Positions 16,489 through 25,407 of a stretch of DNA of 32,267 bases are shown one piece after another. The translations under genes were made by a program, and so were the position numbers. The notes under the pieces were generated by a model, which saw only the letters and a program-made list of their open reading frames with translations, did not search any database and was not told the origin of the DNA. The first letter of the stretch is position 1; the number at the start of each line of letters is the position of its first letter. Source of the stretch: a virus (taxonomy: Duplodnaviria; Caudoviricetes); IMG/VR virus record IMGVR_UViG_3300048852_000013, positions 1-32,267 of that record; one strand, written 5' to 3'.

Positions 16489-17436
16489 TCAGGCGTAGGA
16501 GGCGACGGCGTTTTCGAGCGTGACCGTCATGACGCCGTTCGTGGTGTCCGGCCCCGCGACCCAGCGGAAGTTCTGCGTGATGCCGCGCGGCCCTTCGATC
16601 GCCCTGCCCTGCCGCGCCAGGAAAGCGCGGGAGAACTTGAAGGAGAGGCTGGTGGTGGCGTCGATCGTGTAGAGCGCCTCCAGCTCCGCCGGCTCCTGCC
16701 CGGCCGCGGCGGCCGTGTAGAGGTCATGATCGCTGAAGCGCACCGTGACCGTGCCCGAGGCGCCGGCCAGGCCGAGGTCGATGTCCTCCATCCGGTAGTC
16801 ATCCCGAATGGCGGCGACGGCCTCCATGTCGTTGGTGAAGTTCATCTCGAAGGCGGTCACCGCCGCGAGCGCCGAGCCGGCGCGCTTGATCGAGCCCTGC
16901 ACCGCGAAGAAGCGGCTGAAGGAAGTGACCACCGGCGTGCCCGCGCCGCTGGTACCCGAGGCCGTTTCGGACAGCCCCAGCAGACCGAAGGTTGCCTCCG
17001 CCGCGCCATCCGGCGCCATCCGCACGGCCATGGTGTTGGCGCGCACGCCGGTCAGCATCTCGTATCGCGAGATGTCCGGGAACGCCTTCTCGAACGAGTT
17101 GGACGGAATGGACGCACTGCCGGAGCGGAAGACGTGGGTGTAGTCGGTCGTCCCCGTCGTGGTCGGCGCGCCGAGCAGCAGCCGCAGCCAGCGGCCGATA
17201 TGCACCGTGTCCAGCGGCACGCGCGCATCGCCGGAGACGCTGACCGCGCCATAGTTCGGATCGCCGCCGTCGCGGTTGCTGGTGGCGCTCAGAACCGCGT
17301 CGCTCTCCAGCGGCTGCGTGGCGGCGACGCTGAAGGCGAAGCACGGCACCTGGTCGTAGTTGCCGGTCGCCGCGGTGCCGGCCGTGGTCTCGGCCTTCGT
17401 GCGCAGCTTGAACTGGCTGCCCATCGCAGCAGTCAT
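16489..17436 (-). CDS. Major tail tube protein
   Basis: Start MTAAMGSQFKL at ATG 17436 with GGAG RBS; HVFRSG..SIPS.SFE and IEGPRGI motifs of alphaproteobacterial tail tube proteins. Confidence 0.85.
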   Translation of the reverse strand: MTAAMGSQFKLRTKAETTAGTAATGNYDQVPCFAFSVAATQPLESDAVLSATSNRDGGDPNYGAVSVSGDARVPLDTVHIGRWLRLLLGAPTTTGTTDYTHVFRSGSASIPSNSFEKAFPDISRYEMLTGVRANTMAVRMAPDGAAEATFGLLGLSETASGTSGAGTPVVTSFSRFFAVQGSIKRAGSALAAVTAFEMNFTNDMEAVAAIRDDYRMEDIDLGLAGASGTVTVRFSDHDLYTAAAAGQEPAELEALYTIDATTSLSFKFSRAFLARQGRAIEGPRGITQNFRWVAGPDTTNGVMTVTLENAVASYA

Positions 17437-17464
17437 CGGATCTCTCCTGTCGGATGACGCCGCG

Positions 17465-17902
17465 TCAGGCGGCGGTTGCGGTGTAAGCGAGGCTCTGGAA
17501 GTCGAGTTGGGCCCACAGGTACGCCCGGTTGAGATCCGGGATGTCCGGCATGCCGGCGAACAGGCACGGCGCGTAGCGGGACGCATCCGGCGTCCAGCCG
17601 ATCAGGGCGGAGAACAACTCCACCGCCGCGTCATACATGGCCTCGGCCGCCGACTGGCCGCGCGGGTCGTCGCGGTTGTCCAGCGCCACCAGCACCGAGA
17701 AATTGGCGTTCAGCTCCTGGTCCAGCCCGGACAGCAGGGCCTCCCCGGTCGGCACCAGGTCGCCCGGCATGACGAAGGCATGCGGGACGGGGATCGAGGC
17801 CCCTTCCTCCATCGCCTTGACCGCCGTCGCAGAGCCGGCCACGCGGCCGGCGAAGATCGGGCACTCGGAGCGGATGCGCGGGATGATCAGGCTCGGGCGC
17901 AT
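17465..17902 (-). CDS. Tail terminator/completion protein
   Basis: MRPSLIIPRIRSECPIFAGRVAG...LFSALIGWTP; position before tail tube; TGATG overlap. Confidence 0.75.
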   Translation of the reverse strand: MRPSLIIPRIRSECPIFAGRVAGSATAVKAMEEGASIPVPHAFVMPGDLVPTGEALLSGLDQELNANFSVLVALDNRDDPRGQSAAEAMYDAAVELFSALIGWTPDASRYAPCLFAGMPDIPDLNRAYLWAQLDFQSLAYTATAA

Positions 17903-18546
17903 CACTTGAACTCCGCCAGCGCGCGCAGCACCGCTGCTTCCATGTCGGCCTGCAGCCTCGCCTGCATCGGCGTCCAAAGTGGGCGCGGCAGGACCCTCCC
18001 GACGCTCTTGCCCGCGGCGCCCTTGGCCCGGCTGCGCCCGGAGACATGGCTCGAGGCGACGCCGGCACCGGCCTTGCGGCGCTGCCGCATGAACCGCTCG
18101 CGGGTGCCGAATTCCAGCAGATGCCGGTACCAGGCGGTGCCGCGGTTCGCGTAGATCGTCGCGCCGTAGCCATTGGAGCCGCGGCTCGGATATTTCGCCC
18201 GAACGGAGCGGGCAAGCGTGCCGGTCAGCGACGCCGGCGCCTCGCCGGGCCGCGACGCGCGATAGGCGCCGGTGCGCCGGGCCGTGTACTTCAGCCGGCT
18301 GACGGTGCCCGTGGCGCCGCCGAAGAGCTCGACGCCCTTCTCCCGCACCCGGCGGTAGTAGCCGCGCGAGCGGCGCGCCGCCTCGGCCTTGCCCGACTTC
18401 GCGCGCCGGATCTCGGCAACCGCCTTCTCCCGGTACTGGCGGCTCAAGTTCCGCACAGCGTCGCGGACAGCCTGATCCATCCGCCCCGCTTCGATGGCGA
18501 GGCGCAGGAACTCCCCGCGGCCGGTGATCTCGACCTCGATGGTCAC
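17902..18546 (-). CDS. Neck/tail completion protein (HK97 gp10-like)
   Basis: ASRPGEAPASLTGTLARS, LEFGT and PRPLW motifs; syntenic position. Confidence 0.75.
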   Translation of the reverse strand: MTIEVEITGRGEFLRLAIEAGRMDQAVRDAVRNLSRQYREKAVAEIRRAKSGKAEAARRSRGYYRRVREKGVELFGGATGTVSRLKYTARRTGAYRASRPGEAPASLTGTLARSVRAKYPSRGSNGYGATIYANRGTAWYRHLLEFGTRERFMRQRRKAGAGVASSHVSGRSRAKGAAGKSVGRVLPRPLWTPMQARLQADMEAAVLRALAEFK

Positions 18547-18872
18547 CGTTCCTCCGCCGTCAGTTCCTCAGCCAGCACCTCGAGCTCTCGGCGCCGGCCA
18601 TCCGGGTCACGGACCTCGCGCACACGCCAACGCTGCGTGCCGCGCGACAGATGGGTGAAGCTGGCCGGGTCGCGCCAGCGCATGGTGATCCGGTGCGTGT
18701 TGCGCTCTCCGACCTGCATCCCGGCGGCATAGATCGCGCCGCGCGTCGCCTCGATCGCGCCCCAAGCCTGCGCGACCTCGGTGAAGGTCTCGGTCAGGCT
18801 GACGCCCTCGTCGGGGGTCTGGGACCGTACCTCGAGCGCCAGGAGGTGGCGCAGGCGGCCGGCGGCGGGCAT
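18543..18872 (-). CDS. Head closure protein (SPP1 gp16-like)
   Basis: AGRLRHLLAL...WGAIE...THRITMRWR pattern. Confidence 0.85.
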   Translation of the reverse strand: MPAAGRLRHLLALEVRSQTPDEGVSLTETFTEVAQAWGAIEATRGAIYAAGMQVGERNTHRITMRWRDPASFTHLSRGTQRWRVREVRDPDGRRRELEVLAEELTAEER

Positions 18873-18874
18873 GG

Positions 18875-19420
18875 TCAGGCGCTCCGGCGGTAGTTGCAGA
18901 GGAGGCTGTCCAAGGCGGTCCAGCCCTCGGCCTTGGCGTTCTCGCGCTGCTCGTAGGACTGCCCGAGGTGCAGCAGCATGGCGAGCTTGACCGGCGGCGG
19001 GATCGTCTCGGTCCCGACCACGGCCACTACCGTGATGCGCGACCCGGGCTGGGTCGCCGGCCAGGTCTGGCCGTACTTCAGGACGACCGCAGCATCCAGG
19101 CCGTCCGCCCGGAGCTCATACACGTCGGTCGAAAGGGTCTGCGTGGTGCCGGCCGTGTCCACGTAGGAGATGGAGGTGACCGACTGGACCGGCGCCTCCG
19201 GCAACCGAGCCATGTCCGCGAAGCTGTCGCACTTCGCCGTCACCGTCTGGGTGGCAAATCGCACCCCGCAATAGGCCTCCACATGGGCGCGGGCGGAGGC
19301 GATCAGGAGCCGGACATGCGCCTCCTCCACCGCCAGGTCGGCGCGAAGGTGGTCCTGCGCCTCGCCCAGCGTGATCGGCTCGGCCGCCGCGGCGACCGTG
19401 ATGGACGCCGGGTACCACAT
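18875..19420 (-). CDS. Head-tail connector (HK97 gp6-like)
   Basis: Start MWYPAS at ATG 19420; EPITLGEAQDHLR...AR.HVE.YCG...PPPVKLAMLL...YEQRE. Confidence 0.87.
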   Translation of the reverse strand: MWYPASITVAAAAEPITLGEAQDHLRADLAVEEAHVRLLIASARAHVEAYCGVRFATQTVTAKCDSFADMARLPEAPVQSVTSISYVDTAGTTQTLSTDVYELRADGLDAAVVLKYGQTWPATQPGSRITVVAVVGTETIPPPVKLAMLLHLGQSYEQRENAKAEGWTALDSLLCNYRRSA

Positions 19421-19602
19421 CAGCCGCGCTTCTCGCGGGCAGGCTTGGCCACGGCGCGCTCGATCTTCGGCTCCGCCACCGGCACGGCATAGCCGGCCGC
19501 GACGATGCGTTCGGCCTCGGCGCCGGTGAAGCGCTCGGTCTCCTCGCCAGGCGACAGCGCGAAGTCCCGCCCGGCCATGCCGGTGAGCATCTTCAGCTTC
19601 AT
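19420..19602 (-). CDS. Small hypothetical protein after capsid gene
   Basis: 60 aa with GAGAGG RBS; EAERIVAAGYAVPV motif common in this position. Confidence 0.75.
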   Translation of the reverse strand: MKLKMLTGMAGRDFALSPGEETERFTGAEAERIVAAGYAVPVAEPKIERAVAKPAREKRG

Positions 19603-19625
19603 GGCTCACCCTCTCGGAAGATGGA

Positions 19626-19649
19626 GCGGACGGCCCGAAGGCCGCCCGC
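19626..19649 (-). promoter_or_regulatory. C(UUCG)G stem-loop downstream of capsid gene (mRNA stabiliser or weak terminator)
   Basis: Minus strand GCGGGCGGCC-TTCG-GGCCGTCCGC; no U tract. Confidence 0.6.
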
Positions 19650-19664
19650 CATTCAGCCGCCGCG

Positions 19665-20933
19665 CTAGGACGCGGCGGTGATGAGGTGCTTCACGGCGGC
19701 GGTGTCCACCAGCTCGCCGTCGAAGCGGATCAGGCCGGCGATGCCGAGATCCGGCCAGAAGCGCTCGCGCATCACGCCGATCACCGGGGAGCCGACCTTG
19801 CGGACCCAGTACTTCCCGAGGTCACCGAACAGCATCACCTTCTTCGCGGCGGCGATCGAGTCCATCGCCTGGTTGATGCTGTACGGACGACCATTGAAGG
19901 TCGCTGGGACACCGGTCTGCACGTTCCCCGCCTGCCACAGATAGTTGCCGTTGCCATCCTTCAGCTTGCGACAGGCAGCCAGGGTGTTGTCGTTGAACAT
20001 GTACCGCGCCTTCGGCGAGGAGCGGTACGCCGGGTCCACCGAGTGCTCGAGATCAATGATCTCGTCCCAGGTGATCGCGGTCGCAGAGGCCGCGGTCTTG
20101 CCGAGGCTGGAGGCCGTCACGATGCCGTTCGGCGCCGAGGAGCCCGTGCCGGTCGTGAGCTGCAGGTTGGCGATGCGGCCCAGGCGCTCGCCCAGCAGCG
20201 AGCCAAGCAGCGCCTCGATGTTGAAGATGCTGTCCTGCGCGAGCTCGAAGGACCACTTCACGAACTCGGTATCGAACACGTAGGCATTGAGCTGCTTCTT
20301 GCCGAACGCGGCATCCTTGCCACCATCGTCCGTCAGCGCGGTGCCCTCGGTGTGGGCCTCCGCGGTCACGGTCGTGTCGTTGATGGTCGGAATCTCGATC
20401 TGGCCGCCACCCGAGGTGTTCATCTCGGTCGTCAGGTTGCCGTCGTACATCGGCCCCCAGGCCACCATCGAGCGGACGATCTGGTTCGCCAGCTCGACCG
20501 GGACGGTGTAACCACCGGCGGTACCGGTGCCCACGGTCTGCATGCGGAACTCAGCGTCGCGCCGCACGCCTGCACGCAGGGCCGCCCGCTCCTCGGCGGT
20601 CAGCTCGGACACGTCGCCGCCCACCGCGATCATGCGGTAGAACGCGGCGCGGTACTCGACCTTCTCGCCGTCGGCCTGGCCGCGAACGGCACCATCGCCG
20701 CCGGCAGGGCGCTGCTTCGCGCGCTGCTCCTCGATGCGAGCCTCCAGCGCCGCCTGGCGCTCCTCGCGCTCGATCAGCTTCTCCAGGCGGTCGTGCTCGG
20801 CCATCGCCGCGTCGTGCTGGACCTCCAGCTCCTTCGCGCGGGCCTCGTCGGTCGTGTTGGTGATCTGGTCGAGACGCTCACGGGCCTCGGCAACGAGCTT
20901 CGCCTGCCGATCCCGCAGTTCCTTGACGGACAT
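19665..20933 (-). CDS. Major capsid protein, HK97 family
   Basis: N-terminal coiled-coil delta domain, GGYTVP motif, KLKDGNGNYLWQ, FGDL motif. Confidence 0.96.
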   Translation of the reverse strand: MSVKELRDRQAKLVAEARERLDQITNTTDEARAKELEVQHDAAMAEHDRLEKLIEREERQAALEARIEEQRAKQRPAGGDGAVRGQADGEKVEYRAAFYRMIAVGGDVSELTAEERAALRAGVRRDAEFRMQTVGTGTAGGYTVPVELANQIVRSMVAWGPMYDGNLTTEMNTSGGGQIEIPTINDTTVTAEAHTEGTALTDDGGKDAAFGKKQLNAYVFDTEFVKWSFELAQDSIFNIEALLGSLLGERLGRIANLQLTTGTGSSAPNGIVTASSLGKTAASATAITWDEIIDLEHSVDPAYRSSPKARYMFNDNTLAACRKLKDGNGNYLWQAGNVQTGVPATFNGRPYSINQAMDSIAAAKKVMLFGDLGKYWVRKVGSPVIGVMRERFWPDLGIAGLIRFDGELVDTAAVKHLITAAS

Positions 20934-20991
20934 GCGATTTCTCCGGGAAATGCCGCGGAAGCGGCGAAATCTTGGGCTTTGGCGGGATCGC

Positions 20992-21588
20992 CTAGGCTTT
21001 ACTCCCGATCCCGCGCGCGCGGAGATCGAGGTGGGCTTTCATGCGGAGGCGAGACGCCGCCGCGCTGAAATTCTTGCGCCGCTTCCCCTTGCGCGCTTCG
21101 TCCAGCGAGCGAAGGGCCAGCGTGGTGTCGTCATAGGCCGGGAAAGCGACCGCACTGACCTCAAACAGGTCCACCTTGTGGATGGTCCGCGAGGGAACGT
21201 CGCCGCTCTCATCCCATTCGTCATGGGTCACGCGAAAGCCGAAGGACATGCCGCTGATGTCGCCGCGCTCGAGCTGCACAGCCAGGTCGCGGCCATCGGT
21301 CGTGTCCGGCAGGTCGATCTCGACCAGGAGGCCCTTCTCGTCCTCCTTCAGACGCAGCGTGCCGGCCGTAGACCGGCCGATGACGCGCCCGCTGTCGTGG
21401 TCGATCAGCGCTCGCACATCGGAGGTCTTCAGCGTCTCCGCGAAGGCGCCAGGAGCGATCGTCTCGAAGAAGTACCCGCCGATGTCGGTTCGACTGTTGA
21501 ACAGTGCCGCATACCCGCGGGCCACCTTGCCGGCATCGGCCGCGCGGATCTCAGGTGGCGTCGCTGACGCCCGACGTTCCAGGCTCAT
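20992..21588 (-). CDS. Prohead maturation protease, HK97 family
   Basis: GYAALFN, ALIDHD, GMSFGF, EVSAVAFPAY. GGAGG RBS before ATG 21588. Confidence 0.95.
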   Translation of the reverse strand: MSLERRASATPPEIRAADAGKVARGYAALFNSRTDIGGYFFETIAPGAFAETLKTSDVRALIDHDSGRVIGRSTAGTLRLKEDEKGLLVEIDLPDTTDGRDLAVQLERGDISGMSFGFRVTHDEWDESGDVPSRTIHKVDLFEVSAVAFPAYDDTTLALRSLDEARKGKRRKNFSAAASRLRMKAHLDLRARGIGSKA

Positions 21589-22822
21589 CGCCACCTCCAT
21601 TGTCTGCGGGCTGGGCGCCCAGCACGACCGTCGCGCCCTGCACGAAAAGCTCGTCCGCGGCGGGATTGCTGTGCTTCGGCCGGTTCTCCAGCGCGCGCCC
21701 CTCGTTCGGCGTCAGCAGGCCCGACTGAATGCCGCGCGCGATGCCCTCGATGCGGCTCTTGAAGTCGCCGCGCATCAGGCCATCCAGGTTGTGCTCGACG
21801 AAGCGCGCGCCATTCAGCCGCCCGAACAGCTTCAGGTTCATCTCCTGCTCAAGCGCCTGCGCCCACTGGCCGACCAGGTGCTTGACGAGGTGCAGGTCCT
21901 GGACCTCGGCGTTCGTGAAGGTCGCCCGACTCAGATCCTGGAGGAACACCGGCGGAAGCTGGTAGACGCGCGCGATCTCCTCGACCTGCAGCCGCCGCGC
22001 ATCGGTCATCTGCCCCTTTTCGGGGTCGAAGCCGACCTGCTTCAGATCATGGCCGGGCGGCATCGGGAAGATGGGCTTGTCCGACTTCTTCGCCGCGTCG
22101 ATCGCCCGGTGGATGTCCGCCATGGCGCGCTTCATCGCCTCCGCGCCCTGCGGCAGCGGCCCGGTCAGCGCCAAGGGCGGGATGCCGCCGCCGGCGAAGA
22201 ATGTCGAGGCATAGTCGTTCATCGCCAATGCAAGCTGGATCGCCTTGCCCGCCATGGCGATCGGGCCGTAGTGGCCGAGCCCGTCGCGCTTCGGCATGAA
22301 GGCGACATCGATCACGTCCGCGGCGGGATAGGTCCTGCCGTCGAACTCGTAAGTGACCTGGAACCCGGAGCGCTTGATCGTGGCGTTGCCCGGGTCCATC
22401 GGCCAGATCGCCTCGACGCCCTGCGGCGTCCGCTCGATCCAGGCCAGGCCGCGGCCACCGGTGAAGACCTGCTGCCAGAACCATTGCCGGAAGGCGAAGG
22501 AGGTCTGCCCGGGGCTGGGCGCCTCATGCACCACAGTCTCCAGCTTGCCGGTGATCCGCTCCGGGCCGTCCTTGATCTTCCGGTAGGCATGCAGCGGCAG
22601 GGCCGCCAGCGTGCGCGACAGGAACGCCACGGCCGCCCAGACCGCCGGCACCATCAGGGCACTGTCGATCGTGACCGCCGGCAGGCTGACGCTCTGCTGA
22701 CCGAAGAAGGCGAGGAAGCTCTCGGCGCTGACCGGGACCGTCTCCGTCTCAGCCGATGCGGCGCGCGTCTCCGGCGCCACGGCTCGCGCCTCCCGGCGGA
22801 TGTCGAAGCCGAAAATCTTCAT
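21551..22822 (-). CDS. Portal protein, HK97 family
   Basis: Start MKIFGFD at ATG 22822; AVWAAV..LS..LA.LPL, EIARVYQLPP, LTPNEGRALEN. Confidence 0.95.
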   Translation of the reverse strand: MKIFGFDIRREARAVAPETRAASAETETVPVSAESFLAFFGQQSVSLPAVTIDSALMVPAVWAAVAFLSRTLAALPLHAYRKIKDGPERITGKLETVVHEAPSPGQTSFAFRQWFWQQVFTGGRGLAWIERTPQGVEAIWPMDPGNATIKRSGFQVTYEFDGRTYPAADVIDVAFMPKRDGLGHYGPIAMAGKAIQLALAMNDYASTFFAGGGIPPLALTGPLPQGAEAMKRAMADIHRAIDAAKKSDKPIFPMPPGHDLKQVGFDPEKGQMTDARRLQVEEIARVYQLPPVFLQDLSRATFTNAEVQDLHLVKHLVGQWAQALEQEMNLKLFGRLNGARFVEHNLDGLMRGDFKSRIEGIARGIQSGLLTPNEGRALENRPKHSNPAADELFVQGATVVLGAQPADNGGGDEPGTSGVSDAT

Positions 22823-24639
22823 GACACCGCCGTCAGGCTGAAGGTTGGGTCGTCCCAGGGCGAGGCGGGCGGCGGGGCCTCCCCCGCCATCCACCGGCCC
22901 AGGGCCATGATCGCGGCGACCACGCCGTCGATCTTGTTCTCGGGGCGCTCCTTGCGCGGGTACACGTTGTCCTTGGCGTCGAGGTGGCACACCACGTTGC
23001 TCACCATCCACGCCATCACCGGGCAGCCGTCGTGATGGAGCCGCCCCTGGAGCACCAGGGCCGCCAGCTCCTTCATCGGCGCCGAGAAGTTCGCCACGGT
23101 GGCCCGGTACTCGACCACCGACGCGCCGTTCGCCTGCAGCCGCTGCGCCAGGTCCGCGGCCTGCCACGGATCATAGGCGACTTCGCGGACCTGGAACCGG
23201 CTGGCGTCCTCCAGGACCTCAGCCTCCACCTGCCCGAAGTCAGTCACGTCGCCCGGCGTCGAGGCCAGGCGCCCGGCGATCTCCCAGCCCGCGTAGGAGG
23301 CGTTGCGGCCGTCCGACAGCGCCGCCTCCGGCAGGTAGTGCCGGCCGAACAGGAAGTAGTGGGTCACGCCGTCCACCTCGCGGCGGAACAGGTAGACCTT
23401 CGATGCAATGTCGGTCTTGGTCGCGAGGTCCAGCGCGACCACGCATTCCTGCCCCTCGAAGTCAGCCAGGGACAGCGCCGGGTCCGCGCGCTTGCCCCAT
23501 GCGTCCGCCGGCAGCCAGGCGCTGTCGGCGTTGACCCAGACGTTCAGGTGCTTGGTCAGGAAGTTCGGCTGCGCCGAGGGTAGCTGCATCGCCTTGGTGG
23601 CGAGCTGCCCCACTACGTCGGGCATCACCGAGACGCCCCAATTCGGGTTGGCCTTCGACCAGGACGCCGGCGCCTGCCAGTCGTCCCCATCGTCGAGCCC
23701 ATAGATGACCGCGAACTGCGACGGATCATCAACCAGCCCGTCGAGCACCTTCGTGCAGTAGGTCCGCAACTCGTAGCAGATCCCCGACCGGTCGGTGCCG
23801 GCCGTGGTGATAACCCAGAGCAGCGACTGCGGCCGCTTGCCCGTGCCGGTCTCGATCACGTCGTACACGGCGCGCGTGCGGTGCGCGTGCAGCTCATCCA
23901 CGATGGCGCAGTGAATGTTCAGGCCGTCCAGCGTCGAGCCCTCGGCCGACAGCGCTTCGAACTTACTGGCGGTGCGCGCCACATGGATGTTGTGGGCTGC
24001 GACGGACACGCCGAGTTGCGCCCCAAGCTCCGGTGTCCGGCGCGCCATGTGCTGCGCGTCGCGGAACACGATGCGCGCCTGGTCGCGGGTCGTCGCCGCG
24101 CTGTAGACCTCCGCGCCGCCCTCCCCGTCTGCTGCCAGCATGTACAGGCCAATGCCCGACGACAGCGCCGACTTGCCGTTGCCGCGCGGCACCTCCGTGT
24201 AGCCACGCCTGAAGCGCCTCTTACCGGTCTCGGCGTTGACCCACCCGAACACCGTGGTCAGGATGAAGCATTGCCAGGGCTCGAGCTTCAGCTTCTGGCC
24301 CGCCAGCGGCCCCTTGATGTGCGGGAGCCGCTCAACGAACCGGCAGACGCGGCCGGCGCGGGCCTCATCGAAGCGGAACGGCGCCCCCTCGCCGCCCCAC
24401 CGGGCCAGATCATCTAGCTGGCGCCGACAGGCCCGGCGAACCCAGTGACCGGCAGGGATCTCGCCTGCCACCACAGCCTCGGCATACTCCAGCCCTCGCC
24501 GGACATGTGCGTCGCTACTGCAGGAACTCGCTGAACTCGCCGTCCGGCTTGTCTTCGGCCGGGGCTGCGACCTTGCTGCGGGCGGCGGGCGTCCAGCCGA
24601 GCTCCGTGAGGCAGCTCTTGAGGATCGAGAACTCGGCAC
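22819..24639 (-). CDS. terL: Terminase large subunit (start uncertain)
   Basis: LEPWQ, Walker A VPRGNGKS, Walker B IVDELH, ITTAG, LDLA, YDPW, KIDGVVA. The start may be GTG 24639 inside terS or GTG 24474. Confidence 0.95.
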   Translation of the reverse strand: MPSSRSSRAASRSSAGRPPPAARSQPRPKTSRTASSASSCSSDAHVRRGLEYAEAVVAGEIPAGHWVRRACRRQLDDLARWGGEGAPFRFDEARAGRVCRFVERLPHIKGPLAGQKLKLEPWQCFILTTVFGWVNAETGKRRFRRGYTEVPRGNGKSALSSGIGLYMLAADGEGGAEVYSAATTRDQARIVFRDAQHMARRTPELGAQLGVSVAAHNIHVARTASKFEALSAEGSTLDGLNIHCAIVDELHAHRTRAVYDVIETGTGKRPQSLLWVITTAGTDRSGICYELRTYCTKVLDGLVDDPSQFAVIYGLDDGDDWQAPASWSKANPNWGVSVMPDVVGQLATKAMQLPSAQPNFLTKHLNVWVNADSAWLPADAWGKRADPALSLADFEGQECVVALDLATKTDIASKVYLFRREVDGVTHYFLFGRHYLPEAALSDGRNASYAGWEIAGRLASTPGDVTDFGQVEAEVLEDASRFQVREVAYDPWQAADLAQRLQANGASVVEYRATVANFSAPMKELAALVLQGRLHHDGCPVMAWMVSNVVCHLDAKDNVYPRKERPENKIDGVVAAIMALGRWMAGEAPPPASPWDDPTFSLTAVS

Positions 24640-24898
24640 CCGTCAACCAGTCCTCTCGGAATTTCGCCATGAGGCGGGCCAGCATCTCCAGCACCGGGCG
24701 GTCCGCGCTCGTCAGCACCCCGGCAGGGGAGTTGCCCACCAGCTCGTGCCAGATGGCAGCCTCCTCGGTCTTGAGGTGCGCGGGCGGCTCGCCGATGCCG
24801 GCTGCCGCCTTGGGCCCGACTGAACGACGGCGCTGGGGGTCTTTCCTGAAGGCGCCGCGAAGCTCCAGCAGCTCGGTCGGCGTGCGCGGCCGAGCCAT
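24515..24898 (-). CDS. terS: Terminase small subunit (P27-like)
   Basis: MARPRTPTELLELRG...PPAHL...W...LGWTPAARSKV; GGAGG RBS. Confidence 0.88.
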   Translation of the reverse strand: MARPRTPTELLELRGAFRKDPQRRRSVGPKAAAGIGEPPAHLKTEEAAIWHELVGNSPAGVLTSADRPVLEMLARLMAKFREDWLTGAEFSILKSCLTELGWTPAARSKVAAPAEDKPDGEFSEFLQ

Positions 24899-24911
24899 CG
24901 GGCTGGACCTC

Positions 24912-24990
24912 CATTTTGCGGATGCGAAAATTCGACGTGGGGCGCGGTCCCGGACCCGAACGGCCTAGAGATCTGACCCACCCCTCCCCC
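24912..24990 (-). other. Putative cos (packaging) region
   Basis: Between HNH and terS; minus strand GGGGAGGGGTGGGTCAGATCTCT...GGACCGCGCCCC...AATTTTCGCATCCGCAAAAT, the usual position and style of cos sites in HNH/P27-terminase phages. Confidence 0.55.
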
Positions 24991-25315
24991 TGCGCCGCGC
25001 CTCGGCTGCCTGCCGCCCACCTCGGGCACGGTGGCACGGGGAGCACAGCGGGCGGACGTTGGACCTGACGAGCCGCAGGTCAGGGCGCTCCTTGATCGAG
25101 ACGATGTGGTCCACCTCGACCGCCTCAGACACTCGCCCAGCAGCCGCACAGAGACGGCACAGCGGCTCGGCGGCCAGCACCTGCAGTCTCACCCGGCGCC
25201 ATGCCGCGTCGTACCCGCGAGACGCCGCAGAGCCGGCAGCACGGTCACGCTCGCGCCGCCACTCGACAGCAGGGCGCCATCCAGCGTGGCGGTGAGAAGG
25301 GGGGCGAGTGGGCAT
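24965..25315 (-). CDS. HNH endonuclease (terminase-associated, HK97 gp74-like)
   Basis: RGYDAAWRRVR...PLCRLC...VDHIV...NVRPLCSPCH; start MPTRPP at ATG 25315. Confidence 0.92.
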   Translation of the reverse strand: MPTRPPSHRHAGWRPAVEWRRERDRAAGSAASRGYDAAWRRVRLQVLAAEPLCRLCAAAGRVSEAVEVDHIVSIKERPDLRLVRSNVRPLCSPCHRARGGRQAAEARRRGRGGSDL

Positions 25316-25324
25316 CGGGCCGAT

Positions 25325-25369
25325 CAAACGCAAAGACGCCCGCAGCGCTCTGGGCGCAATACGGGCGTC
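25325..25369 (-). terminator. Intrinsic terminator (tR'-like) just after late promoter
   Basis: Minus strand GACGCCCG..GCGC-CCAGA-GCGC..CGGGCGTC followed by TTTGCGTTTG. Confidence 0.6.
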
Positions 25370-25378
25370 ACGGGTTGC

Positions 25379-25407
25379 AGTGTAATTTCGCGTCCGACCC
25401 AGGTCAA
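25379..25407 (-). promoter_or_regulatory. Sigma70-type late promoter (pR'-like)
   Basis: Minus strand TTGACC (25407-25402), 17 nt spacer, TACACT (25384-25379). Confidence 0.7.

Noticed and set aside
19686-23035. Long plus-strand ORFs opposite capsid and portal (19686-21068, 21176-23035)
   Set aside because: Shadow ORFs arising from GC3 bias in the real genes.
3063-24898. Gene transfer agent rather than phage
   Set aside because: Despite GTA-like head spikes, the window has its own immunity, replication, HNH/cos-type packaging and lysis modules.
24965-25315. HNH as a mobile homing endonuclease or defence nuclease
   Set aside because: Size, motifs and position next to terS match the ordinary packaging-associated HNH.
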